A DNA stretch of 64,000 nucleotides from NCBI RefSeq assembly GCF_020745735.1, contig NC_083409.1, positions 18,062,341 to 18,126,340 of the forward strand, written 5' to 3'. Numbering within the stretch: the first letter of the stretch is position 1; each line of letters begins with the position of its first letter. This document shows positions 11,480 to 23,972 of this stretch, one piece after another. The position numbers and the translations under genes were made by a program. The notes beneath the pieces were generated by a model. That model worked only from the letters and a program-made list of their open reading frames with translations, was not told where the DNA came from and did no database searches. Origin of the DNA: Hemiscyllium ocellatum (lineage: Eukaryota).

Positions 11480-12720
11480 TAAACCACCTCACAAAAATCT
11501 AAAGCCCTCCCTCATGGATCCTCTTTCCAGCCCAGCAATCACCTGTGTTCACCTCCTGATTCTATTCTCACTTGTGTGGGGTGCTGCAAATGTGTTGCTG
11601 GAAAAGCGCAGCAGGTCAGGCAGCATCCAAGGAGCAGGAGAGTCGATGTTTCGGGCCTGAGCCCTTCTTCACTTGCGTGGGGCACTGGGAGTAATCTGGA
11701 GATTCCTACCTTTGAGTTCCTGCTACTGATTAGCAGCAGGAAATCAAAAGTAGGAAGCTCCACACTACTTAAAAGTAGGAAGCTCCAAAACTTCTGACTG
11801 CAGGACCACATCCCTTTCCTTCCTCTGTCACTGGGACTGATGTGGACCACGATTGCTGCCTGTTCCCCCTCTCCCCTCAGGGTGGTCTGCAGTCGCTCAG
11901 TGATATCCTTGACGCTGGCACCAGGGAGACAACACACCATCCTGGATTCCCATCTGCAGCTGCAGAAACATCTATCGACTGCCCTCACTCTCCAATCTCC
12001 TCTCACTATCACTCTTCCAGTCTTCCTTGTGCCCCCCTGTACAGCTGCCCCCCCACTCCCCTTCCAATCAACTCTGGCCAGCTCCTTCCTCACGTCTTTG
12101 TCGTTCCCTTTACTCAATTGAAATACTGTTCCATCTGATTGCAGCTTCTGCCTCTCAAACTGCAGGGGGAATTCTATCGTATTATGGTCATTTATCCAGA
12201 GGGACACTTTCATCTTCAGCTCACTGACCAAGTTTGCCTCATTACACATCACTGAATCCAGAACTGCCTGTTCCAAACCGCAAGCTGCTTCAAAAACCAT
12301 CTTATAGACATTCCATGAAATCTTTTTGTTGAGACGTGCTACCCAATCCACCTCTCCATTGAAGTCTGCCCTGACATTTTTTTTATGACTTTTCTGTCTC
12401 CTGATTGATTTCCTTCCCCACACCCTGTTTACTGCTTGGAGACCTGAACTTGCATCAGATACTTTATTTCTTGGGTTCCTCAACACTCCCCACACAGATT
12501 CTAAACCTTCTGACTGTACAACAAGCTTATTGTGTATATCTTGTGCATTTAAGTAGAACACCCTCAGTCCTACATTGACTGCCCTCCTTCTCATCATTGT
12601 CCTCTTATCTGCTGTGCTTGACATTTGATTCCTGATCCCTTCCATGCTCTCAGTCCAATGACATCTTCTAGAATCTTAGCTAACCTCTCCTAAGCCCTCC
12701 TCCACTTTAACTAGTTTAAA
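11480..12720 (-). mobile_element. Chimeric CR1 remnant (ORF1 esterase piece fused to an ORF2 piece)
   Basis: VCCLPGASVKDITERLQ...VVHI (SGNH-like). Collinear with 43080-43370 followed by 39640-40500. Confidence 0.7.
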
Positions 12721-13249
12721 TTTCTTGGAAACTCAATTTACCTCGATTTGGGGCATCACTTTGTCTCCCTGACTCGGAATGCTTCGTGAACTTAGACACA
12801 AAATCTTTAAGTTTGATCTATTATTGATTTTCCCTGCACTTTTATGGTTCATTTGATGTTCAAAAATTCCATCTCTTCCTTTTATTTACTTGTAACAATC
12901 AATCCCATCACTAACCAGCAATCCTACCTTCTCCTTTAGTTTCTATTTTCTCAGTTTCCATTCAACTGAACCAAATTACTTTGTCTTTGGGTTGAGTTCA
13001 GGCCAATAGTTATCATTGAGCCAACATCATTATTGCTCTTTGAGGTCATTGCTTCCAGTGGGATCTTGCTGTGCAGAAATTGGCTGCCCCTTTCCTGAAA
13101 TTGCAACAGTGACTGGTTTTCAAGCAAAGTGTAACTGTCTTTGGGAGAGCCTGAGGTGCTGAGGGCTTGATTGAAACACAATTAGTGTCAGGGAGATGCA
13201 CAGCATGGAAACAGACTCTTCGATCTGACTCATCCATGTCAACCACAGA

Positions 13250-13870
13250 GACATAGAGTCATAGTGTCAGAGAGATGTACAGCACAGAAATAGATCCTTC
13301 TGTGTAACTCGTCCATGCCGACCAGATAACCTAAATTAATCTAGTCCCATTTGTCAGTATTTGGCCCATATCCTTCCAAACGCTTCCTATTCATATACTC
13401 ACCCAAATGCCTTTTAAATGTTATCATACCAGCCTCCACCACTTCCTCTGGCAGCTCATTCCAAAAATGTACCACTCTCTGCAGTAAAACATTATGCCTT
13501 AGTTCCCGTTTAAATCATTCTCCTGATACTTTCCACCTGTGCCCTTTAGTTCTGGACTCCTTCACTCTGACCAAAATATCTTCTCTATTCACTTGATCAA
13601 TGTCCCTCATTATGTTAGAAACCTCGATATGGTCACCCCTCAGCCTCCAGCCATCCAGGGAAAAAAGCCTCAGCCTATTCAGCCTCTCCCGATCGCTCCA
13701 ACCCTCCAACTTGGCACATCCTTGGAAATATTTTCTGAATCATTTCAAGGTTCCCAACATTTTTCCTACAGCAGGGAGGCCAGAATTCCACACAGTATTC
13801 CAAAAGGGGCCAAACTAATGTCCTGTACAGGTGCATCAGCTCCTAACTCCAAAACTAAATGCGTTGCCCA
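13250..13870 (-). mobile_element. HER1/CR1 LINE 3' fragment
   Basis: ERLNRLRLFSLD...RLRGDHIEV motif. Mirror of 38450-39185. Confidence 0.8.
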
Positions 13871-14504
13871 ATAACGGAAATCATGCTAAATGACTTTGTC
13901 ACCCGCCTACCTACCTGCAACTCCACTTTCAAGGAACTAATCTTTTTTGGGTTGAACTGAGAGTCTTTCAGTTGTGCTTTTTAAATCACCCTTCTTGCTT
14001 TCACTCGCAACTGAAAATAGGATAAAGGAGGTGATGATTTAATGGTACTATTGCTGAGCTGTTCATCCAGATATCCAGATTAATGTTCTGGGGGCCAGGG
14101 TTAGAATCCTGCTGCAGCAGATGGTGGAATGTGAATTCCATAAAACAATCTACAATTAAGTGTCGAATGATGACCATGAAACAATTATTGATTGTCAGGA
14201 AAAAGCCATCTGATTCCCTGATGTCCTTTAGGGAAGGAAGCTGTCATCCTTACCATGTGACTCCAGACCCACAGCAATGTGGTTGACTCTAAACTGCCCT
14301 CTGGGTGATGAGGGATGGGCAATAAATGCTGATCCTAGCAGTGACACTCACATCCAAGAAGCAATTTGAACAATGCCTGTTTATTTCTGGGCTTTGTTAG
14401 GTATTGGCTACAAATGTTCAAATGGATTGTTTTGCCAGTGAATGTTCAGAGAGTTAAAATCCCTTCGAATAAAAGGGATTAAAATTGTTTCTCTTGTCTT
14501 TCAG

Positions 14505-14832
14505 GCCGTGAGAACTCTCAGCCCAAGCTGACCCTGCTGCCCCCTCCCCGGAGCAGGTCAATGCCAAGGGCACTGCCACCCTGGTGTGTCTTGCCAATCA
14601 CTTCTATCCCGATGAGCTGGAGGTGCAGTGGAAGAAGGATGGTGCAGTCATTTCGGACGGGGTTCAGACCAGCAACTACCTGCGAGCTTTGGACAGCACC
14701 TACAGTGTCAGCAGCATGCTGACCCTCTCTGGGTCTGACTGGGAGTCTGACGCTCGCTTCTCCTGTGCCCTCACCCACGTGACCCTCCCCTCTCCCCTCA
14801 TCAAGAGCATCAGGAGATCAGAATGCATGTAG
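14505..14832 (+). pseudogene. IGKC: Ig kappa-type C exon of cluster A, frameshifted
   Basis: Acceptor tttcag|gc. The exon is 328 nt versus 329 nt for the paralog, with a 1-nt deletion in the C-run at ~14540-14550. The downstream frame gives VCLANHFYPDELEVQWKKDG...FSCALTH...SECM*. Confidence 0.9.
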
Positions 14833-15358
14833 TGTGTTCAAGACAGTCCACAGAGGAGGCACAACTTTAAATAGAACAGGGCTGAGCTGGCAGGACAAAG
14901 GTCATTGTCAGAACTGAATTTCAACTCTCTTCCTTCTCAGGACCAGCTCAGAGACATTTCTGAGGATCAGGGGTTAAGGCAGGTCATTGGGACACTGTAG
15001 ATAGAGCTTTACGCTGTGTCAAACCCCATGCTGTCCCTGTTCTGGGAGTGTTTGGCGGGGGCAGAGTTGACTTGTGATGCCAAGTAAAATCTCTTGAAGT
15101 TGCTAAAGACTGTCAGCTGTACAAAACAATGTGAACCTCAGAAGTCTCTGTTTCAGTAAACCAGATCTCCTTCCTGCTCGGCCGTCAGTTCCAATTTAAG
15201 GTTTTGTCACTGTTTAAAGGGACAGGATTCTCGTGCTATTGAGAAAACCTCCACAAGTGTTTTCCTCAAGCTCCATTGTGGCTGTGAATTTGTGCAGCTT
15301 CCTCTGTCTGGGCTGTTAATTGCAGTCTGTTTTCTGTCAATGTCAATCTGGAAAGGGG

Positions 15359-15364
15359 AATAAA
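15359..15364 (+). terminator. Polyadenylation signal of cluster A
   Basis: AATAAA followed by a GT-rich tract, at the same position in all three C copies. Confidence 0.75.
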
Positions 15365-15569
15365 GATGAAGAAGATTCAGTCTCTGTCTCTGTGTGTGCT
15401 TTGGAAATTGACCAGTCCATTCAGCTGATTGGCTACATTTCAGCATGGCATTGTCACAATTGGCTCATTGGCCTGTCAATCAATGACACATCCGTTGTAG
15501 AGGATACTGACAGCCAATCATCAATCACTTTCAAATGATCCCTTTGATCTGGAATCATTTGAGGTTACA

Positions 15570-16975
15570 AGATTCCAAACAGATTTCCATTAATGACCAC
15601 CTGGGCCATCTCTGACACCTCCCTCCCCTTCCTGGACCACTCCATCTTCATTAATGATGACCGACTTGACACTGACATTTGATACAAATCTACTGACACC
15701 AAGGATTACACCTCATCCCAACCTACCTCTTGCAAAAATGTCATCCCATATTCCCAATTCCTCCGCCTCCGCCATATCTGCTCCTAGGAGGACCTGTTCC
15801 ACCAAAGAACACACCAGATGGCCTCCTTATTTAGAGACTGCAATTTCTCTTCCCACGTGTTCAAAGATGCGCTCCAACGCAGTTCGTCCACATCCCACCC
15901 CTCCGCCCTCAAACCCCACCCCTCCAACCGTAACAAGGTCAGAATCCCCCTTTTGCTCACCTTCCACCCTACCAACCTTCGCATAAACCACATCATCCGA
16001 CGACATTTCCGCCACCTCCAAACGGACTCCACCACCAGGGATATATTTCCTCCCCACCTATTCCTGCTTTCCGCAAAGACCATTCCCTCCGTGACTACCT
16101 GGTCAGGTCCACGTCCCCCAACAACCCACCCTCCCTACCTGGCACCCTCCCCTGCCACCGCAGGAATTGCAAAACCTGCGCCCACACCTCCTCCCTCATC
16201 TCCATCTAAGGCCCCAAAAGAGCCTTCCACATCCATCAAATTTTTATCTGCACATCCACCAATATCATTTATTGTATCCGTTGCACCCGATGCAGTCTCC
16301 TCTATATTGGGGAGACTGGGCGCCTCCTTGAATAGTACTTTTGGGAACATCTCAGGGACAAGCACACCAATCAACCCCACTGCCCTGTGGCCCAACATTT
16401 CAACTCCCCCTCCCACCTTGTCGAGGACATGCAAGTCCTAGGCCTCCTCCACCGCCGCACCCTCACCACCCGACGCCTGGAGGAAGAACGCCTCATCTTC
16501 CGCCTCCGAACACTTCAATCCCATGGCATCAATGTGGATTTCACCAGCTTCCTCATTTCACCTTCCCACACCTCACCCCAGCTCCAACGTTCCAGCCTCA
16601 GCACCATCCTCATGACCTGTCCTACCTGCTTATCTACCTTTCCACCTGTCCACTCCACCCTCCTCTCTGACCTATCATCTCCATCCCCACCTGAATTCAC
16701 CTATTGTACTCTTTGCTACCTTCCCCCACCCTCCTCTCTGACCTATCACCTTGGTCCCCACCCCATTCACCTATTGTACTCTATGCTACTTTCTCCCCAA
16801 TCCCCTCATATTTATCTCTCCACTCTGCACCACCCTACTTCTATTCCTGATGAAGGGATTTTGCCCGAAACATTGATTTTCCTTCTCCATGGATGCTGCC
16901 CGACCTGCTGTGCTTCTCCAGCACCACTCTGATCTAGCCTCTGGTTTCCAGCATCTGCGGTCCTTGTTTTTACCG
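15570..16975 (+). mobile_element. Penelope-like element 3' portion (end of RT, GIY-YIG endonuclease, terminal repeat with hammerhead motif)
   Basis: CTSTNIIYCIRCTRCSLLYIGETGRLL near 16250-16330. CTGATGA-agggattttgccc-GAAAC at 16847-16871. Confidence 0.85.
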
Positions 16976-18589
16976 AGAAACAGAAAGCTGTTAGGACTCA
17001 ATAATTACAATCTTCGACATTCCCTCTTCACTCTGTGGTCCAGGCTCAGGTGCTGGGATTGCACTCTGCACTCTTTGCTGCATGCTGAGTTGTACCTGAA
17101 GTGATCTTAGGCCAATCACTAACACTGCAGGCTGTGTGTTCCTCTGAGTGCGAGTATACTACATAATGATGCCTGTAGGTGCCACTTTGAGTGTGGGTGT
17201 GATATTCAACGAGTCAACCGAGAAGGAAATGAACAGCAGAGTTTGTTTTCTCTGTTGATTAAATTCACCTTGTTTGCTCCTCTGAGCACCTGAATAAGGG
17301 GCGAGGCTTGTGTCTTATAATAAACCTATTGGATTATAACCTGGTGTCGTATGATTTTTGACCTTGTCCTCTGATCACTTTCAGGTTATTCCCACGAGCA
17401 CTGCATGTTCTTGCCTCTCCAGGCCAAGAGGCGGCGATCTTGACAATGGATTTGACAATGGTCTCCATCAGAGAGGACCCACAAATCAGGGACAGCGATC
17501 AGAGATTACAGGCCCCGCTCTTGCTCCTCAGTCCCAGACCCGAGCACAACGGGCCCCCTGGGGTCCCGTTGTTGTGTCCCGGGTCCTGTACATAATACAA
17601 ATGGGGCAACAAATCCTTCTGATGTTTCCCAACCTCACCAGGTATCCACAGTCACAGAGATTATTTAAAGGCAGCCTTTGCCGATTAAGGACCCTGACAG
17701 AAGGGAAACAGACTGAAATGGGTCAATAATACAGTATTGGGGAGTTACAGATGCAGATTGCAAAGTAGAAATCTGATGCTGTGGCTCTAACAGAGATCGG
17801 GCGGGACTGGGAATTCCTGGATACAAGGTGTTCAGTAAAGATAGGAAAGAAGGAAAACTACGGGAAGTGGTGGGATTGTTCTGGAGCCAGACAGTACTGA
17901 CCAACCTTAGGCTCTGAGATATGATGGAGATGAAGGTGAACTCTACTGAGTTTTAACTCACTGTTACCAGAGTAAAACAGGGATTACCCATTTCACAAGA
18001 GAGTAAGTGGAACTAACAAACCAGGTGCATGTGAAACACCCACCCCGTCCCTGAGAAAGGGGCACAAGAACAGGGACATTCTCAGACAGAAAGGTTGCTA
18101 AAAATGGTATCACCTCGAGAGTGAAGGGTGGGGTGGAGACAGTTACAGCGATTCCCCCCAGAGAGTGGGGAAAGCAACACTGACACATTTAAAACTGTAT
18201 TATCATAAGTGAGAATTCAAACAGCCACCCACTCCATCACACGGTGTTGAAGATGCACTGTCCTCATCATAACACGTTTGAAAACTTCTTCATAACACGT
18301 AAGGGGAGAGAAACATTGAAAACTGTATTGTCACGAGTGAGGATCCATTGAATTCTCAGACCATGATATTAAATGTTCCCAGCCGTAAACAACACTGGTG
18401 TATTGACGTCATTCCCTTATTAAACAATATTAAAACCTCGGTCAAACATTTTCCTGCAGACAGTGTATTTAAAATATCAAGAGGCTTCCCAATTTGTTGG
18501 TTTGATCAGTGACGTAGCAAAGAAGCAGCAGCTGCCCCATGAACTCCAACAAAAGAATGAGAACAGGCTCTTCATACGGAGCTGGCTCC

Positions 18590-19720
18590 CGAGAATCCAA
18601 TTCAACAGCAGGGATCAAAGAACAAGGCACAATACAGCACAGGAACAGGCCCTTCGGCCCGCCCAGCCTCTGCTGACACATTTTGCCCTTCCTCACTGAA
18701 ACTGTATTCACCTACAGGATTCATATCCCTCTATTCCCTTCCTATTCATGCATTAGTGCAGGTATTTCTTGAATACTTCTATTGTGTCTGCTTCCACCAC
18801 CTCCTCTGGCAGTGTGTTCCAGGTACTCAACTTCATTTGTGTGAAATACTTGCCTCGCACATCTCTTTTATATTCTCCCTTCCCCCCTCCCCCCGCACTT
18901 TGAAGCTCTGTCCCCGAGTAAGTGATCCCTCCATCCTGGGAAAAAGCTTCATATTTTCCACTCGACCAATGCCATTCAAAACTTAATAAACTTCTTTGAG
19001 GTCACACCTCATTTTCCCTCATTCTGGTGAAAACAAACCCAGTCTCTCCAACCTTTCTTCAGAACTAAAATCCCCCCCATACCAGACAATATCCTGGTGA
19101 ACATTTTCTGCACCATCTTCAAAACATCCACATCCTTCTGGTAGTGTGGTGACCAGAACTGTGTGCACTATTCCAAGTGTGGCCAAACTAAAGTTCTATA
19201 AAGCTGCAGCATAACTTGTCTGTCCTTATACTCAATGCCCCTTCCAATGAAGGCAAGCAGGCCATAAGCCTTTTTCACAACCTTACTTCCCTGTGCTGCC
19301 ACCTTCAGTGATCTGTCAACATACACACCCAGATCCCTCTGCATATCAATACCCCAAAGGATTCTGCCATTCACTGTATAATTCCCACCTGTACATCACC
19401 TTTCAAAATGCATCACCTCACATTTGTCTGGATTAAACTACATCTGCCATTTTTCTGTCCATGCATTCAACTGATCTCTATCCTGCTGTATCCTCTGACA
19501 ATCCCTCTCATTATCTGTAACTCTACCAATCTTTGTATCAACTGTTAACTTTTTAATTAGACCAGCTACACCTTCCTCCAAATCATTTATGCAGACCATG
19601 AACAGCAGAGTTCCCACCACTGAACCCTGTAAAACACCACTAGCCCTCCATTCTGAAAACCATCCTCCCATCACTGCCCTCTGTCGCCTCCAACACAGCC
19701 AATTCTGTATCCAATGCTGG
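18590..19720 (-). mobile_element. CR1-type LINE RT 3' fragment
   Basis: RRQRAVMGGWFSEWR...SVVGTLLFMVCINDLE and RTLVWPHLE motifs. Confidence 0.8.
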
Positions 19721-21454
19721 GAACATTTTAGACAAGACACCTTGTTGCCAGATCCTTACTGCAACTTGATTCAGTTCATTCAGAAAGAGAAAAAGGACAA
19801 TGTGCAGATTGTTGAACAGGCCCCTACACCTGGGCCTGAGGGAGGGGCCCAAGCTCCAACACACTGGCCTCACTTCACACCAACCTTCACACAGTGCGGG
19901 GTCATGAACTCCGACCATCAATCCCTCTGGGACCGGGACGGAGTGAGGGAACAGGGACAATTGTAGAAGAGTCAATAAGGAGTAAAGCAAGATGGAGAGA
20001 GTGTGTTGGAAAGGGGTTAGAGAAGGAAATATACTTTGTCCCTCTCAATACTGATATTGTCTACGTGTATCACAGAATGAACAAAACAGCACACTGTGAA
20101 GATAATCATATCACAGGAGACATTTTCATTGGGCTGTGATAAGTATCCTAGTACAAAAGCTGTTTTTCCTCCCTCCCCCTGAAGAGGAGAGAGGCATGGG
20201 AAAAGAGAACTGACAATTCAAAATAAAAGCTCTTCACATATTGCCATCATTTAATATATTAATGTGAGAGGATTAGAGACCCTTACCAGCGAGAGTGTGG
20301 TGGCTCAGAGGATAAAAGGCAGACAGCAAAGAGCAGCATTATTCCTTCTCAGGGTGTTAATGTCATTGGCAAGCCTCATATTTATTGCCCATCTCCAGCA
20401 GTTCAGACTGAGTTCTTTGCTGAGCTAGATCATGGGGCCGTGAAGAATGAGTCATATCACTGTGGGACTGGAGTCACAGTCTGGGTGATGACTGGATTCC
20501 CTTGCCTAAAGAACATACATAAAATGACATTGAGTTTCATGGTTTTTACTTGGACACATGCCAGCGCCGTCCTTCCCAGATATTAAATTGCTCACCACCG
20601 CCCTCTCCAGGACAATTAGGGAAGGGCAACCAATAGCAGACACATCAACGCTTGCCCCATCCCAGGAGAAATCAAAATAAATGAGGGACAATTCAAATAA
20701 TAACCTGGGGGAGGCTTGAATTAATCTCTTTGAAAGACTGGAGCTTGCTTTTTTCAGATTACAAGGTGGAGTGCCCCAACGACTGGCACTGGGATCAGGC
20801 ACAATATGAATTGCAAAGGTCTAACAAACGGGTACAAAGACAATATCACTAAACTGCAAAAAAAGATAATCAGGAAGAACGCAAGAGATGACAGAAAGCC
20901 ATTAGTGGGTGTAAGACTGTAATGCAGATGTTGTTGAATACACCAGAAATACAATTAAAGCGATTGGGATAGAGCAGGGCAATGGGATTAACTGAGTTTC
21001 TCTACTGAGAGTTGGCAAGAAGCTTTCCTGCTTGTAATGACTCAGAACAATAAATGCTGAAGTGCAGCTCATATTGTAAACAATGTACTGCAGCGGGTAA
21101 GAAAGGATGGCCAGTGACATAAATGCTTAAAATTGGGAAAATTTTCAGAATAAGACATGGGAAAGGCCAATGGGATTTTGGAATGAATATTGAGAGTGAG
21201 GAGATGGAGGGGAGAGTGGCCAGGACAGCTGTACTGAAGAATGGTTAGGTCACATCTGGGATATGGTGGACAGTTAGGGGCTTCTATGAGGTGCAATGCA
21301 GAATGGGACAGGGATAGGGGATCTAGGTTACAAGGAAACACCAGAACAGGATCTCGAGGAGGGAGGGAGGGAATTCTGATATTCAAAATTCCTTAATGAA
21401 ATCAACACAGTAAATGTAGATTTTCTGTCAATGATGGCAAACTGAAAGGCAAAA

Positions 21455-21729
21455 TTAGGTTAGATTAGATTAGATTAGACTTACAGTGTGGAAACAGGCC
21501 CTTCGGCCCAACAAGTCCACACCGACCCTCTGAAGCGCAACCCACCCAGACCCCTACCTAACACTACGGGCAATTTAGCATGGCCAACTCACCTGACCCG
21601 CACATCTTTGGACTGTGGGAGGAAACCGGAGCACCCGGAGGAAACCCACGCAGACACGGGGAGAACGTGCAAACTCCACACAGTCAGTCGCCTGAGTCGG
21701 GAATTGAACCCGGGTCTCAGGCGCTGTGA
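21455..21729 (-). mobile_element. HE1 SINE, young and 5'-truncated
   Basis: (gatta)n tail, near-identical in body to the 4736-5037 copy. Confidence 0.9.
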
Positions 21730-23607
21730 TGACACAGTCTGTAGTCAAACACCAGGTACAGGAAGGAGATCAGGAAAAATATTTTGATGCAGAGATTGGA
21801 ATTTAGTGAATGCTGATGAACTGAGACCTCCATTCAAAATGGGACAGAATTACTCCTTGGAAATTGAACAGTCTGAAGCAAAAGAGTAAATTACGATCAA
21901 ATAATTATTTGAGAATATTGTGGAAGCTTTTTGTTTTTCCCTCATCAGGGCAATTGCAAAAATCCAATCGAAAGAGAAAAAAACAACATTTATATTGCAT
22001 GAGAGGAAAGTGCTGACAAATTGAGGTGTTGTCACGATGAACACACCAGTTTAAATATTGTTTCCCTTTGCTGTGGCATTTCTTGCAAATTGTCCTGATG
22101 CATGCAAGACAAAAAGCTCCAAGAAAATGTTTTGTTTTTCAGCAACACTCAAATTAGGATCAGTTTGGAGAGAAAGTTAACCATGAAAACTGATCTGAAT
22201 TCAGCAGAGACCACCTTAAGTTCACCTTGAACTTAATACAGCAATTATCAGGTGAAATTTAATCACGGATCCACTCCATCTTCCACCAATTTGATCATTT
22301 GAATTCTATATCCTTTATTTTGATTTCTCTTGGGATGGGGAATGTATTGACCTGTCTGCTATTTATTACCCTTCTCCAATTGCCCAGGAGAGGGCAGTGG
22401 TGAGCCATGAGTTTCTTGAAGAGGATCTGACAGTGGGACAAGACCATGTGCTGGGCCTGAGTATGGTCAACTCTCAGGAGAATGAGCTATGGCACAAGGG
22501 AAAACCTGGGAGTGATGGAAAGGCACAGGCAGCCTGACTAGGCTGCGGAGGGGCAGGACCAATTTTGATGAATTAGCTGATATCCTTCCAAGCTGAGATG
22601 CAGACTCAGGCTTTCAGGGCAGCACAGTTTTTATTTTTTTTTCTTTTCTATAACCCCACACAGCTGCCTAACAATGGTGGTGCATAATTTTTCCCCAGCA
22701 CCCACACTGTATGTGTGCAAGTGTGAGACACAGTGAAAAATGACAAGTGCAGAAGTCTTTATTCATTTTCCACCTCCAGGAAGAAAGGAAATACCCGAGT
22801 GGCCAGTGACAAGCAGTGTCCTTCACAGCAAAGGCCAATGCTTCGTGATCAAACAGTGAAGGGGAGGGCAGGGAGTGAATCAAAGTAGAGTCGGCGGAGG
22901 GGGGGGGGGGAATAAAACACTCCACACTCCACAGTGCCCACCTCTTGGCCGCACAGCTTACACTGTTACTGACCATAGATCCATGATTGATGAGACCTGC
23001 CCCAGGAGAACATCCACAGAAAGCTGCCTCCTGTGTGTCTGATGTGTCTGTGTGTCTCTCGGACGTGACTGAGCAGGCAGCAAGAGTTTCAGCAGCAACA
23101 AAGGATTTACTTTAGTGCCCCTCCCTCTTTCACCCATCAACTTACAAACTCCTTCCGAGGAAAGGGCTCAGCACCGGCCATCGCCTGCTTCAATGTGTCC
23201 TACACCCCACCTCAAGACAACAGACCCCACTGCCCCCTGCCCCTATCATCTACTCTCCATCTCTCTCCTGAAGGCACTATCTCTGGCTGGGAAACATCTC
23301 GAATAGCTCATTCCTCCAAGTGTGGGCTGGGATTGGGAAGCAAGGCAGGCTATTGGACCGGGAGGTGTCAGCCTGGTCTCAGTGGGGAGCACTGTCCCTT
23401 CACACTCACAATGTTGCAGACTGGGTGGATGAGCCATTGGGAAATGCAGGGTTACAGGGATAGTGCAGTGGTTTGGATCTGGGTGGAATGTTCTTCGGAG
23501 GATTGGTGTGAACACATTGGGGCGAATGGCCTGCTTCAACATTGTACAGATTCCATCATTACGTGATTCTATCACTGAAGCAAATTATCCAGGCTGAGAG
23601 TGCAGTG

Positions 23608-23805
23608 CAGCGCTGAGGGAGTGCAGCACTGTCAGGGGGTCAGTACTGAGGGAGTGCAGCACTGTCAGAAGGACAGTACTGAGGGAGTGCCACACTATTG
23701 AAGGGTCAGTACTGATGGAGTGTTGCACTAATGATGGGTCAGTACTGAGACAGTGCCACACTGTCAGAGGGTTCGTACTGAGGGAATGCCGCTCTGTCAG
23801 AAAGT
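23608..23805. repeat. 33-bp minisatellite, about 6 copies
   Basis: Unit cagtactgagggagtgcagcactgtcagaagga, starting at 23641, 23674, 23707, 23740 and 23773, with a degenerate first unit at ~23608. Confidence 0.9.
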
Positions 23806-23972
23806 CAGTCTCTCCTCCATGTTGAACAGCAATTAGCGGAAGCTCTGAGGGTGGTGAGGGCACAGAATGTACTCTGGGTGGGGGACTTCAGTGTCCACAA
23901 TCAAAAAGGAATTTAAAAATACATTGGGTTTGTTAGGTGTACGATACAAATATTCAAACTGATACTTCTGCC

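Noticed and set aside
11539-12645. 368-aa ORF on the minus strand
   Set aside because: It is a chance read-through of fused, decayed CR1 ORF1/ORF2 and Penelope-end pieces, collinear with disrupted copies on the other arm.
22384-22397. CTCF-like CCAGGAGAGGGCAG
   Set aside because: It has a core mismatch and lies within a dispersed repeat fragment that recurs near 20600 and 28900.
23608-23805. CRISPR-like periodicity (also 34501-34629)
   Set aside because: These are head-to-tail tandem units without unique spacers, in vertebrate DNA with no cas genes.
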